Source: an uncultured cyanobacterium
Lineage (GTDB): Bacteria > Cyanobacteriota > Cyanobacteriia > PCC-6307 > Cyanobiaceae
Length of the DNA stretch: 64,000 bases
Reading direction: 5' to 3'
Assembly: GCA_963765575.1 (NCBI GenBank)
Contig: CAVXWZ010000011.1
Coordinates: forward strand, 640,001-704,000
In this document: positions 28,346-38,589 of the stretch, piece after piece
How positions within the stretch are numbered: the stretch's first letter is position 1
How the letters are laid out: every line of letters starts with the position of its first letter
Translations under genes and position numbers: made by a program
Notes under the pieces: generated by a model
The model's database searches: none
What the model was told of the DNA's origin: nothing
Seen by the model: only the letters and a program-made list of their open reading frames with translations

Positions 28346-29200
28346 TCACACCAGCTCCAGCACGCGCCAGCTGCCGGCGGCCGCCGCCTCCCGGCAGTAG
28401 GCGGAGAAGTCGCGCGGAGCACGGCCGAGGGCGCGCTGCACCCCATCGCCGAGAACGGCGTTGCGGCCATCCAGCACGGTGGTGAACAGATAACCCATCA
28501 GCCACACCACCTCCTCGGGTGCACCTGAGCTCGCCACATCAGCCACAAACTCCTGATGCGGCACCTGGAGATAGCTCACCGGCCGGCCTGTGGCGCGGGA
28601 GATCTCCCCGCTGGCCTCGGCGAAGCTGAGCAGCCGCGGCCCGGTGAGCTCGTAGATCTCACCGGCATGGCCGGGTTCGGTGAGGGCCGCCACGACCACA
28701 TCGGCGATGTCGTCGGCATCCACGAAGGGTTCGCGCACCTCTCCCGCCGGCAAACTGAGCTGCGCGGCATTCACCATCTCGGCGAAGGGTCCCTCGGAAA
28801 AATTCTGGTTGAACCAGCTCGCCCGCACGACGGTGGCAGGGAGGCCGCTTGTCAGCACAAGTTGCTCACAGGCCTGGGCCTCGGCTTCGCCGCGTCCAGA
28901 CAGGATCACCAGCCGTTGAACACCTGTTTGCTTCGCCATGGCGACGAAATCTCCGATCGCCTGGGTGGCACCGGGCACGGCGAGGTCGGGGGCGTAGTTG
29001 ATCGACACGGCCGCCACGCCATCGAGGCAGGCCTGCCAGCTCGAGGGATCACTCCAGTCGAACGCGGGTGATGCCGAGCGGGAACCGATCCGGGTGGGCA
29101 CGCCCAGATCAGCGAGCCTGGCGGCGATGCGACGGCCGGTCTTGCCGGTGCCTCCCAGCACCAGGGTGAGGGGCGCCTGTGATGCGGTGGTCGGGGTCAT
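28346..29200 (-). CDS. NmrA-like NAD(P)H-binding protein
   Basis: LVLGGTGKTGRR, FDW.D..W, RASWFNQNFSE, FVDADDIA, YELTGP; ATG 29200. Confidence 0.9.
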   Translation of the reverse strand: MTPTTASQAPLTLVLGGTGKTGRRIAARLADLGVPTRIGSRSASPAFDWSDPSSWQACLDGVAAVSINYAPDLAVPGATQAIGDFVAMAKQTGVQRLVILSGRGEAEAQACEQLVLTSGLPATVVRASWFNQNFSEGPFAEMVNAAQLSLPAGEVREPFVDADDIADVVVAALTEPGHAGEIYELTGPRLLSFAEASGEISRATGRPVSYLQVPHQEFVADVASSGAPEEVVWLMGYLFTTVLDGRNAVLGDGVQRALGRAPRDFSAYCREAAAAGSWRVLELV

Positions 29201-29252
29201 GGATGAATCCGTGGTGGGCGACCCGTTTGAGGTCTGCGGGCCATGGCTCCAG

Positions 29253-30332
29253 CTAACGGGAATCGCTGCGATCCTTCTTGACTGCGGGCGCCAGCGGATT
29301 GACGGATCGCGCCATCGAAGTTGGTGGAGGCTGTTGGCTTGCCAACCGGAACGCGCCGGGGGTCTGGCCGGACCAGCGTCTGAAGGCCCGCTGGAAGGCA
29401 CTCTGCTCGGAGAAGCCGCTCAGAAAAGCAATCTCAATCAGGGGGTAGTCGCTATCCCGCAGCAGGCTCTCAGCGAGCCGTCGCCTGGTGCTGCCGATCA
29501 ACCCCTGGAAGGACTGGCCCTTCGCCATCAACCGGCGCTGCAGGGAGCGGCCACTGATCCCCAGCTCCCCGGCGATCGTGCTGATCGCCGGGACGCCTTC
29601 ACTCAGCGACTGAGCGATCAGGGTCTGCACGCGGCGCTCCAGGGAAATCGGCTCCTGAATCTGGGTCAGCTCCGCATCGAGATGGGCATCGATGTAGCGC
29701 GACACACTGACGTCGCCGATGCGGCTGGTCGTCTGCATCGCCGCCTGTTCAAACACCAGGCTGTCCTCAGCGGCCCCGAAGTGCACGGCGCATCCGAAGA
29801 AGTGTTCGTGGGCGGTGGGATTGGCTGGGGCCGGATGGCTGAAATGAACACACTGGGGGGTGATGGGCTGGGCCGTGATCTCGCCAGCAAGGGTGTACAG
29901 ACTCGCCAACGTGGCCTCATTGGAGAGATACAGACCCAGGCGTCGTTCGCCTGCACGATGATGCACAAGCGCGGTGGATTGGGATCCATCCCGCAGCTCA
30001 TAACGGGCCACGCTGGTGAGCACCTTGGCGTAGCGAACCGCCCGCTCGTAGGCGTGCCGGAGTGTTGTCGCCGACTTCATCGCCAGGCCGATGGCGCCGT
30101 AGTCGCTGCAACGCATCGAGGCGCCGGTGCGCAGGGGCAGGTCGTCGATGCAGGCATCAAGGCCGGCGATCTTTTCCAGGAGTTCATAATAATCGATGTC
30201 CACAACCATCTGCCGAGGGTCCCAGGCGCTGGCGGGATCGACGCCCACGTTCCGCAGCAGGTCATCCTGATCGATGCCGTCGCTCACCTGAGCGACCATC
30301 TTTCGCACAAACAGGGAGGTGACGTGACCCAA
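29253..30332 (-). CDS. AraC-family transcriptional regulator (OruR/VirS-like N-domain)
   Basis: YGAIGLAMKSA.TL; double HTH IAGELGISGRSLQRRL and IAFLSGFSEQSAFQRAFRRWSGQTP; start TTG 30332 or ATG 30392. Confidence 0.92.
   Translation of the reverse strand: MGHVTSLFVRKMVAQVSDGIDQDDLLRNVGVDPASAWDPRQMVVDIDYYELLEKIAGLDACIDDLPLRTGASMRCSDYGAIGLAMKSATTLRHAYERAVRYAKVLTSVARYELRDGSQSTALVHHRAGERRLGLYLSNEATLASLYTLAGEITAQPITPQCVHFSHPAPANPTAHEHFFGCAVHFGAAEDSLVFEQAAMQTTSRIGDVSVSRYIDAHLDAELTQIQEPISLERRVQTLIAQSLSEGVPAISTIAGELGISGRSLQRRLMAKGQSFQGLIGSTRRRLAESLLRDSDYPLIEIAFLSGFSEQSAFQRAFRRWSGQTPGAFRLASQQPPPTSMARSVNPLAPAVKKDRSDSR
29278..29314 (-). promoter_or_regulatory. Putative AraC-type tandem binding site for the NmrA-like gene
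   Basis: TGGCGCGATCCGTCAA and TGGCGCCCGCAGTCAA with 21-bp period, about 80 bp upstream of ATG 29200. Confidence 0.65.
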
Positions 30333-30525
30333 GGCACTGGCTGGCCGCTCGGTGACGGCCTTCACGCAGGTTTGGACTGTAGCGAGACCCATTCATTGCT
30401 GCAGGGCAAGGGAGCAGCATGACCATGCGCTATGAAGCACCAAGAAGGTTGGATTACACTCAGATTGTCCTCGGCTTGATTCCTGGCTTAAGCCTCAAAG
30501 TCCAGCGCTACAAGCAGACACAATC

Positions 30526-30828
30526 ATGATCATGTTTCGTACGCTGCTGATCACCATCTTTGTTGTCATCACTGGCTGCACCCTGGTCACCATCAGCCGG
30601 GAAGGCCTCAATCTCTTGCCCGTCTTTTTTGGGGCTATGGCCACGATGCAGTGGCCAGGACAGTTCAACCTTGACTTCACCTGCCTGCTGTTGCTCTCAG
30701 GTCTGTGGATCAGCTGGCGGCATCAATTCTCACCGGGCGGCGTGGTCCTGGGCCTGGTGGCCACCGTGGGTGGTGGCCTGTCCCTGAGCGTCGACCTGCT
30801 GTTCGGGCCCAGCCGCGCCGCAGCTTGA
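30526..30828 (+). CDS. Small membrane protein, possibly shortened at the C-terminus
   Basis: Hydrophobic; FFG.M..M.WPGQFNLDF..LSGLWISWRH.FS motif; lower GC. Confidence 0.65.
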   Translation: MIMFRTLLITIFVVITGCTLVTISREGLNLLPVFFGAMATMQWPGQFNLDFTCLLLLSGLWISWRHQFSPGGVVLGLVATVGGGLSLSVDLLFGPSRAAA

Positions 30829-30874
30829 GTGAAGCCTCTCCCAGTCCTGGTCCGATCCCAACGCCAGTCCGCCC

Positions 30875-31849
30875 ATGAAAGCCTGCCTCTATCACCGCTA
30901 TGGCTCCCCCGATGTCCTGAACCTTGAGGAGATCGACAAACCCATCCCCAAGGCCAACGAGGTGTTGATCAAAATCCTCGCCACCACCGTCACCTCGGGT
31001 GACTGGCGGCTGCGCAGCCTGGAGGTGCCAGCCGGATTTGGGTTGATCATCCGCCTGGTGGCGGGGCTGAAGCGACCACGGCAACCGATCCTGGGTTCGG
31101 AGCTGGCGGGGCTGGTGGAGGCGACGGGCCAGGACGCGAGCCGCTTCCAGGTGGGCGATGAGGTCGTTGCGTTCAGCGATCTCGCCCTGGGGTGCCATGC
31201 CGAGTACCGCTGCCTGCCGGAGCACGGGAGCGTGGTCCTCAAACCCAGATCGCTCAGCTTCCAGGAGGCCGCCGCACTGTCGTTCGGTGGCACCACGGCC
31301 CTGGATTTCCTGCGTCGCGCCCGCCTGAAATCGGGGGAGAGGCTGCTGGTCGTTGGCGCCTCCGGGGCGGTCGGCAGCGCCGCCGTGCAGCTCGCCTGTC
31401 ACCTGGGAGCGGAGGTGACGGCCGTGTGCAGCACCCGCAATCAGGAGCTGGTGCGATTCCTGGGTGCCCACCAGGTGATCGATTACACCCGGGACGACTT
31501 CACCCGTGATGGTCAGACCTACGACGTGATTCTCGATGCCGTCGGCACGGCTCCCTTCGCGCGCTCCCGGGCGTCGCTGCGGCCAGGGGGGCGCCTGCTG
31601 CTCGTGGTGGCGGGCCTCCCCGCCCTGATGCTCAGTGGCTGGCAGACCCTCACCACCGACAAACGGGTGATTGCCGGGCCAGCCAGTGTGAAGCCCGGTG
31701 ACCTGGCCCATCTCGCTGAGCTGGCCGACGCTGGGGCCTTCCGGCCCGTCGTGGATCGCTGTTATCCCTTTGAGCAGATTCCGGAGGCCCACCGCTATGT
31801 CGACAGCGGCCACAAGCGGGGCAATGTGGTGATCACGCTGGATCCCTGA
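30875..31849 (+). CDS. NAD(P)-dependent MDR oxidoreductase (quinone reductase/alcohol dehydrogenase-like)
   Basis: YGSPDVL, ILGSELAG, GASGAVGSAAVQLA, GHKRGNVVI. Confidence 0.92.
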   Translation: MKACLYHRYGSPDVLNLEEIDKPIPKANEVLIKILATTVTSGDWRLRSLEVPAGFGLIIRLVAGLKRPRQPILGSELAGLVEATGQDASRFQVGDEVVAFSDLALGCHAEYRCLPEHGSVVLKPRSLSFQEAAALSFGGTTALDFLRRARLKSGERLLVVGASGAVGSAAVQLACHLGAEVTAVCSTRNQELVRFLGAHQVIDYTRDDFTRDGQTYDVILDAVGTAPFARSRASLRPGGRLLLVVAGLPALMLSGWQTLTTDKRVIAGPASVKPGDLAHLAELADAGAFRPVVDRCYPFEQIPEAHRYVDSGHKRGNVVITLDP

Positions 31850-31866
31850 GCTTGTGGAGTGGCCGC

Positions 31867-32130
31867 TCAGATCAGGGAGTGCAGCCCGATCGGATTGCCT
31901 TCGGTGTCGCGCACCACGGAGATGAAGCCGAATGCGCCGATTGCCATTTTGGGACGATTCACTGTACCCCCGGCGGAGACCACCCGGCTCTCTTCCACGG
32001 CGCAGTTCTGACAGCTGAAGTACACCATCGTGCCGCCCTTGCCAGGCTCACAACCCTCCATCTGCATCAGGGCACCGCCAGATCCCACCTGGTCGTTCTG
32101 CATCGGAAAACACCAGTAGGCCTGTTCGCA
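31867..32130 (-). pseudogene. 5'-truncated VOC/glyoxalase family gene
   Basis: YWCFPM..GGAL..GTMVYFSC..AGG..KMAIG.FGFIS..DTEGNPIGLHS; in-frame TGA near 32160 and no N-terminal half. Confidence 0.7.
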
Positions 32131-32646
32131 GCCACGTTGCCCTCTTCGGGCACAACGTCATGGCCAGCCAGCCTCTCCCCCGCTGTGGCAACTGTCCAGT
32201 CAAGGGCTCTCAGCAATGGGGTAACACGGCACAACCTGGAAACATTGAGCAGTCCGAATGCATGGCGCAACCCCGAGGCAGCACGTGGACGCTGCACCGA
32301 GGTTGGCAGGGGCGGGAGAGTTGGATAGTGCCTTTCACTTGCAGAAATGTAGAGATCATGCCACCAGCAACCTTGCTGATCCAGGCATCAATGGTCAAGT
32401 GGCAGGTCTCGTCGGCTGCATTCTCGGCCCAGAAACATGCTATGGGCGGCGTTGTGCGCCTCACTTTTTCGGTGGAGGATGGCACTGTGAATAGCTTCAC
32501 CACCGACAGCAAGGGCAACAATTCGAACCAGCACAGCACATCCTGGGGCAGTCGAAATTAGGCACCCGGTGCCGATCCCTCGCTCTGCTCCCCTGTGGCC
32601 GGTGGCCTGGAACACATCTTGCTGGGCCGTTGCCGCCTGAAGATCG

Positions 32647-33936
32647 GTGGGCGTGACGCTCCCACCTTCCCTCAAGCCAGCCAGCCGGCTGGCACGCAAG
32701 CTCGGCACCGTGGATGCGGTGATCATCGGCCTCGGGGCGATGGTCGGCGCCGGCATCTTTGCGGTGATCGGTCCGGCTGTGGCGATCGCCGGCAGTGGCG
32801 CCCTGCTGGCGCTGCTGCTGGCGGCCGCCGTGGCCTACTGCAACGCCACCTCATCGGCCCAGCTGGCGGCGCTCCACCCCGAGTCGGGCGGGGCCTACGT
32901 CTACGGGCGCCGGCGCTTGGGCCCCTTCTGGGGGTATCTGGCCGGCTGGGGATTCGTGGTGGGCAAGCTCGCCAGTTGCACGGCCATGGCCCTCACCTTC
33001 GCCAGTTACGCCGCGCCCACGCTGATGCGGCCGCTGGCCGTGGCCGCCGTGCTCCTGCTCACCGCGGTCAACACGTTCGGTGTGCAGAAAACGGCCCAGC
33101 TCACGCGGCTGATCGTGGCCGTGGTGTTGCTGGCCCTGGCTGCCGTGATCCTGGCGGTGCTGCTGGGGGGAGAGGCCTCCTTCGCTCGCCTCACGGCCGA
33201 GCTGACCTGGCGGCCCCAGGCCATCCTGCAGGCGGCCGGTCTGTGGTTTTTCGCCTTCTCGGGCTATGCCCGGCTGGCCACGCTGGGCGAAGAGGTGGTT
33301 GATCCCCGCCGCACCATTCCCCGTGCCATACCCCTGGCCCTGACGATCACGCTGCTGCTCTACCTCAGCGTGGCGTTGTCTGCCCTGCTGGCCGTGGATG
33401 CCGCCGAGCTGGGCCGGGCAGCGGCACCCCTGGTGACGGCGGTGCAGGCGGGCCGTTTCGCTTCCTGGAGTCCCATCGTGCGCATCGGCGCCGCGGTGGC
33501 CTCCCTCGGGGTGCTGCTCTCGCTGATCGCGGGCGTCAGCCGCACCACCTTCGCGATGGCGGCCAACCGCGACCTGCCCCATCTGTTCGCCAGCGTGCAT
33601 CCCCACTACCAGGTGCCGCAGCGGGCCGAGCTGGCCGTGGGCCTGATCGTGGCCGGCCTGGTGTGGCTGAGTGACCTGCGCTCGGCCATCGGCTTCAGCG
33701 CCTTCACCGTGCTGCTCTATTACGCCATCACCAATGCCGCCGCCCTACGGCTGGCGCCCCAGGAGCGCCGCTGGCCGCGCGCCCTGGCCGTGGCCGGCCT
33801 TTTCGGTTGCATCGTGCTCGCCTTCAGCCTGCCCCTGGCCGCGGTGCTGGGGGGCGTGCTGGTGGTGCTGATCGGCAGCGCCCTCTACGGCGGTCGCCGG
33901 CTGCTCGGCGCAGCAGCGACGACGCCCGGCCCCTGA
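32647..33936 (+). CDS. APC family amino acid permease
   Basis: GLGAMVGAGIF, PESGGAYVY, FFAFSGY..LATLGEE, about 12 TM segments. Confidence 0.92.
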   Translation: MGVTLPPSLKPASRLARKLGTVDAVIIGLGAMVGAGIFAVIGPAVAIAGSGALLALLLAAAVAYCNATSSAQLAALHPESGGAYVYGRRRLGPFWGYLAGWGFVVGKLASCTAMALTFASYAAPTLMRPLAVAAVLLLTAVNTFGVQKTAQLTRLIVAVVLLALAAVILAVLLGGEASFARLTAELTWRPQAILQAAGLWFFAFSGYARLATLGEEVVDPRRTIPRAIPLALTITLLLYLSVALSALLAVDAAELGRAAAPLVTAVQAGRFASWSPIVRIGAAVASLGVLLSLIAGVSRTTFAMAANRDLPHLFASVHPHYQVPQRAELAVGLIVAGLVWLSDLRSAIGFSAFTVLLYYAITNAAALRLAPQERRWPRALAVAGLFGCIVLAFSLPLAAVLGGVLVVLIGSALYGGRRLLGAAATTPGP

Positions 33937-34000
33937 GACCGCGGCAGGGGCCAGGCCGGATCGTGGCGGGCCTGGACCAGGTCAGGATGGCCGTGATCAA

Positions 34001-34966
34001 TTGCCGGGGGACTGGGTGAGGCAGCAGAACAGCCGTCTCGACCTGCGCCCGGCGGCGTTGCCGCTGGCGGCCTATGTGCTGCTGCGGGGCCTCAACACGC
34101 CGGTGCTCAAGCAGCTGCAGCAGCTCGGCCTGGAGCACCAGGTGAACGGCGAGAACCCGATCAGCTTCTGCAATGTGTTCTTCTTCGCCCAGCTGGTGGT
34201 GGGCTTGGCGGCCTTGCTGGTGGGCCGGCGCACGCTGCCCTCCGCCCTGTCCACCATCGGCCCCCAGCAGCGTTGGCTGTTGGCGGCCGACACTCTGCTG
34301 GGGCGCCTGCTCGCTCCGGTGGCCACCTTCAGCGCTCTGGAGTCGCTCTCGGTGATCACCCAGACCCTGCTGTTCGCCCTGGTGCTGCCGGTCTCGGCGC
34401 TGCTGGCCTGGGCCCTGCTGCGCGAACCCCTGCCCCGCGCCTTCCTGCCCAGCCTGGCGCTGATCACCACCGGCCTGCTGTTGCCCCAGCTGGTGCCGAT
34501 GGCCACAGCCGCGCCGATGAGCGATCTGCCCGGCGTGCTCTGGGCCCTGGTGGCCGTGCTGGCCTTCAGCGGCGCGGCCCTCACCGGCCGTCTGCTCGCC
34601 GCCGGCGGCAGCCCCCCGGTGCTCAGCGTCGGCGTGGGCTCGCTGGTTTCGGCGCTGGTGTTTGCCGTGCTGGCACTGTTGCTCTACGGCCCCGACCACT
34701 TCCTGCTGCTGCGCCTCTGGTGGGTGGTGGGGGTGATCCTGATCTATGCCCTGTGCCTGTCGCTGGGGAGCGAGCTGGCCCTGCGCTCGGCCTACCGCCA
34801 TGCCCCGGTGGCCAGCGTGGCGCTGTGGGGCAGCCTCTCGATCGCCGTGGCGGTGATCGGCGCCGCCGTGCTGCTCGCTGAGCCGCTCAATGCCGCCACC
34901 GTTGGTGGTGTGCTGTTGCTGCTGGCCGGGGTGGTCCTGGCCCGCCGCCAGCCTGTGGCCAGCTGA
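34001..34966 (+). CDS. DMT/EamA family transporter
   Basis: NPISFCNVFF plus about 10 hydrophobic segments; start uncertain. Confidence 0.75.
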   Translation: MPGDWVRQQNSRLDLRPAALPLAAYVLLRGLNTPVLKQLQQLGLEHQVNGENPISFCNVFFFAQLVVGLAALLVGRRTLPSALSTIGPQQRWLLAADTLLGRLLAPVATFSALESLSVITQTLLFALVLPVSALLAWALLREPLPRAFLPSLALITTGLLLPQLVPMATAAPMSDLPGVLWALVAVLAFSGAALTGRLLAAGGSPPVLSVGVGSLVSALVFAVLALLLYGPDHFLLLRLWWVVGVILIYALCLSLGSELALRSAYRHAPVASVALWGSLSIAVAVIGAAVLLAEPLNAATVGGVLLLLAGVVLARRQPVAS

Positions 34967-35043
34967 TCCTTTCCCAGCCAGGCTTGGTGGGCATTGCCAA
35001 AGCCCTGCTCCGCCGCCGAGTTCCCCTTCGCCATCTGCACGCC

Positions 35044-36549
35044 ATGACCCCCGCAGCCATCGCCCCGCCGGCGGAGCCCAACGGTGTGCTGATGCAGTAT
35101 TTCCATTGGTACACGCCCGCCGATGGTGGCCACTGGCGGCGGCTGCAGCAGCAGGCCGCCGACCTGGCCGCGGCCGGCATCACCGCCCTGTGGCTGCCTC
35201 CGGCCGGCAAGGGTCTCGCCGGAGGGGCCGATGTGGGCTACGGCATCTACGACCCCTACGACCTGGGCGAGTTCGACCAGAAGGGCACGGTGGCCACCAA
35301 GTACGGCACCAGGGAGGAGTACCTGGCCGCGGTGGCGGCCTGCCGTGCGGCGGGTCTGCAGGTCTATGCCGACGCGGTGTTCAACCACCTCATGGGCGGT
35401 GATGCCGAGGAGGACTTCAGTGCCACCCCCTTCGACCCGCAGAACCGCTTCCGGCCCATCGGCGACCAGCGCCCGATCCGCTCCTGGACCCACTTTCACT
35501 ATCCCGGCCGTGGCGGCGCCCACTCGCCGATGCAGTGGCACTGGTGGCATTTCGATGCCGTCGACTACAACAGCCGCGATACCGGCCTCCAGGCCGTGTG
35601 GCGAATCGAGGGCAAGGCCTTCGACGACAACGTGGATCTGGAGCGCGGCAACTACGACTATCTGATGGGCTGCGATCTCGACATCGACCATCCGGAGGTG
35701 CGCGACACCCTCAAGCACTGGGGCACCTGGATGCTGGACACGGCGCGAGTGGACGGCTTCCGCCTTGATGCCATCAAGCACATCAACGGTGGCTTCTTCT
35801 CCGATTGGATTGCCCACGTGGAGAGACACGCCGGCCGCGATCTGTTCGTGGTGGGGGAGTACTGGACCACCAATCTGGCCACCCTCAGCTGGTACGCCGG
35901 CCACACCGAGGAGCGGATTCACCTCTTCGATGCGCCGCTGCATCACAACTTCCACGTGGCCAGCCGCTTGGGCTCGGGCTACGACCTGCGCCGCCTGCTC
36001 GACGGCACCCTGATGCGCCACCTGCCCCAGCTGGCGGTAACGCTGGTGGAGAACCACGACACCCAGCCCCTGCAGGCGCTGGAATCGGTGGTGGAGCCCT
36101 GGTTCAAGCCGCTCGCCTATGCCTTCATCCTGTTGCGGCGCGAGGGCTACCCCTGCCTCTTCCTGCCCGACTACGACGGCGCCCGCTACCGCGACCGGGG
36201 CCACGACGGCCAGCACCATGATGTGGAGCTGGTGAGCCACCGCTGGATCCTCGATCGCCTGCTGGCCGCCCGCCGTGACCATGCCTACGGCGAGCAGCAC
36301 GACTACCTCGACCACCCCAACTGCATCGGCTGGGCCCGCCTCGGCACTCCCTCCCATCCCACCGCCCTGGTGGTGCTGATGAGCAACAGCGGCGAGGGCT
36401 GGAAGTGGATGGCCACCGGTCGCCCCCACACCGCCTTCCGCGACGTCACCGAGCACCGCCGCGAGCTGATCCGCACCAACGAGCACGGCTGGGCGGAGTT
36501 CCGCTGTCCGCCGGGCTCGCTGTCGGTGTGGGTGGAAACGGCGGCGTGA
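35044..36549 (+). CDS. amyA: Cytoplasmic alpha-amylase (GH13, AmyA/liquefying type)
   Basis: NGVLMQYFHWY, DAVFNH, GFRLDAIKH, VGEYW, VENHDTQP, GYPC; no signal peptide. Confidence 0.92.
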   Translation: MTPAAIAPPAEPNGVLMQYFHWYTPADGGHWRRLQQQAADLAAAGITALWLPPAGKGLAGGADVGYGIYDPYDLGEFDQKGTVATKYGTREEYLAAVAACRAAGLQVYADAVFNHLMGGDAEEDFSATPFDPQNRFRPIGDQRPIRSWTHFHYPGRGGAHSPMQWHWWHFDAVDYNSRDTGLQAVWRIEGKAFDDNVDLERGNYDYLMGCDLDIDHPEVRDTLKHWGTWMLDTARVDGFRLDAIKHINGGFFSDWIAHVERHAGRDLFVVGEYWTTNLATLSWYAGHTEERIHLFDAPLHHNFHVASRLGSGYDLRRLLDGTLMRHLPQLAVTLVENHDTQPLQALESVVEPWFKPLAYAFILLRREGYPCLFLPDYDGARYRDRGHDGQHHDVELVSHRWILDRLLAARRDHAYGEQHDYLDHPNCIGWARLGTPSHPTALVVLMSNSGEGWKWMATGRPHTAFRDVTEHRRELIRTNEHGWAEFRCPPGSLSVWVETAA

Positions 36550-37187
36550 TCCTGCTGGCCCTGGTGGGCTGGCCGCTGCTGCTCGCCGTGGTGGGGCCCG
36601 AGCCCCGCGCTCGCCTGGCGCCGCTGCCGCCACCACCGCCGGGGCGCTTCACGGTGCTGGTCGCCGACTGGGGGCTGCACACGGCGATCGTGCTGCAGCA
36701 GCCCCCGGGCTGGCGGCTCGGCCCCCCCGGCGCCGAAGCGGCTCCCTTCCTGGAACTGGCCTGGGGCGACCGCCGCTATTACGCCGGCGGCGAGCGGCGG
36801 CCCGATGCCGTGGCCGCCACCCTGTTCAGGCCCACCGATTCGGTGCTGTTCCTCGCCGCTCACCCCGATCCGCCGCGGCTGCACGGGGCCATCCGGGTGC
36901 AGGAGCGCCAGGTGGATGGCACCACACTGCGGGCCCTGCTCACGGCCCTGGAGCGCTCCCTGCGGCGCAGCCCGGACGGCGAGCGGCTGCCTCCCCTGCC
37001 CCGGCCCGCTGGCGGCGGCGGTCGCTTCTTCCCAGCCCACGGCCCCTATCTCTGGACCCGCAACTGCAACTGGTGGACCGTGCAGCGCTTGGCCGAAGCG
37101 GGCCTCGCCAGCCACCCGGCCGCCGTGCTGGTCAGTCGCCAGGTGCCGGGTCGGCTGCTGGGTTTCCGGGTTCGGCCCCAGCCCTGA
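36546..37187 (+). CDS. DUF2459 family protein
   Basis: DWGLHTAIV, ELAWGDRRYY, YLWTRNCNWW; GTGA overlap. Confidence 0.75.
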   Translation: MILLALVGWPLLLAVVGPEPRARLAPLPPPPPGRFTVLVADWGLHTAIVLQQPPGWRLGPPGAEAAPFLELAWGDRRYYAGGERRPDAVAATLFRPTDSVLFLAAHPDPPRLHGAIRVQERQVDGTTLRALLTALERSLRRSPDGERLPPLPRPAGGGGRFFPAHGPYLWTRNCNWWTVQRLAEAGLASHPAAVLVSRQVPGRLLGFRVRPQP

Positions 37188-37806
37188 GCTCCGCGGCCGC
37201 CGGCAGCAGCGCATCCACAGAGAGATCGGGGCGCCGCAGCAGGGCGAACAGGGTGCCGGCATTGCCGCGGCAGAGGCGCAGCTCGTCGTCGAGCACGGTG
37301 ATGTCCAGCCAGGCGGGGTATGGCTGTTGCACCCCGCGCAGCAGCTGCAGCCGCTGCTGCCCCAGCCGCGGTCCCAGCCAGCCGCCGCGCTGGAAGCGCA
37401 CCTGCACCCGCTGGCTGGTGATGACGCTGATGGCAGCCTCCACGGCGATGCCGGCCAGGGGGCCGAGCGGTCCGGGCAGGCGCAGCAGGTTCAGCGCCCG
37501 ACCCTGGGAGGGCACCAGCAGTTGCAGGTTTTCGATCCACGGGCCCACCGCCAGGTAGGGCAGGTTGCTGCTGCTCCAGCGCAGTTCCCACACCCCCTCC
37601 AGCAACTCCAGCGCTCCGGGGGCCGCCAGGTCGGCCGGGGTGGCGTGCTCCAGCACCCCGATCAGCTCCCGCAGCCGCTGCTCACGGCGGTTGGCGCCAC
37701 CCCGGCCGCCCTGCCGCAGCAGGGCCAGCAGCTCCTGGCGGGCCTGCCCCGGCTCGAGCGGTGGACCGGACGTCGCCTCGGTCTGGGGCGGGCTGGTTTC
37801 CGGCAT
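37132..37806 (-). CDS. PAP/fibrillin family protein
   Basis: LEGVWELRWSS, AWLDITVLDDELRLCRGNAGTLF; ATG 37806. Confidence 0.85.
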   Translation of the reverse strand: MPETSPPQTEATSGPPLEPGQARQELLALLRQGGRGGANRREQRLRELIGVLEHATPADLAAPGALELLEGVWELRWSSSNLPYLAVGPWIENLQLLVPSQGRALNLLRLPGPLGPLAGIAVEAAISVITSQRVQVRFQRGGWLGPRLGQQRLQLLRGVQQPYPAWLDITVLDDELRLCRGNAGTLFALLRRPDLSVDALLPAAAELRAGAEPGNPAADPAPGD

Positions 37807-37878
37807 CGGCCATCGCGCACACACAGGATCCATGCTGGCTCCATCCCAGCCCCGTGGCGTTCCCGCCCCCGAGCTCCG

Positions 37879-38589
37879 ATGCGTGTCCACTGGTTTCAGC
37901 ACGTGGCCTTCGAGGGCCTCGGCAGCATCGAGCCCTGGCTCCTGGGCCGCGGCCATCAGCTCAGCGTCACCCGCTTCCAGCACTGGCAGTCCCAGGGCGG
38001 CAGCGCGGAGCTGCCCGACCTCGACGCCATCGAAGGGCTGATCGCCATGGGCGGTCCGATGGGTGTCAACGACGAGGACCGCTACCCCTGGCTGGTGGAG
38101 GAAAAGCGCTGCATCCGCGCGGCCATCGAGCGGGGCCTGCCCGTGCTGGGCATTTGTCTCGGTGCCCAGCTGATCGCCAGCGCCCTCGGCGCAAGGGTCT
38201 TCCGCAACCCCGAGCCGGAGATCGGCTGGTTTGCGGTGGAGGGTCTGGGCGCCCCCAGCTCGGCCCGCTTCCGCTTTCCCCGCTCGCTGCCGGTGTTCCA
38301 CTGGCACGGTGAGACTTTCGATCTGCCCCCCGGCGCCGAGCCCCTGGCCCGCAGCGCCGCCTGCGCGCTGCAGGCGTTTCAGCTGCACGGGAGGGTGTAC
38401 GGGTTGCAGTTCCACCTGGAGATGACCCCTGAGGGCGCGCGCACCCTGGTGGAGCACTGCGGCGACGAGCTGATCGAGGCTCCGTTCGTGCAGTCCGCCT
38501 CAGCGATCCTCACGGCGCCGCCCCAGGCGTACCGCGACGCCCAGGTGGTGCTGGATCAGCTGCTCACGGCGCTGTTCCCAGCCAGTTGA
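37879..38589 (+). CDS. Class I glutamine amidotransferase-like protein
   Basis: QHVAFEGLG, MGGPMG, LGICLGAQL, HWHGETF, GLQFHLE. Confidence 0.92.
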   Translation: MRVHWFQHVAFEGLGSIEPWLLGRGHQLSVTRFQHWQSQGGSAELPDLDAIEGLIAMGGPMGVNDEDRYPWLVEEKRCIRAAIERGLPVLGICLGAQLIASALGARVFRNPEPEIGWFAVEGLGAPSSARFRFPRSLPVFHWHGETFDLPPGAEPLARSAACALQAFQLHGRVYGLQFHLEMTPEGARTLVEHCGDELIEAPFVQSASAILTAPPQAYRDAQVVLDQLLTALFPAS

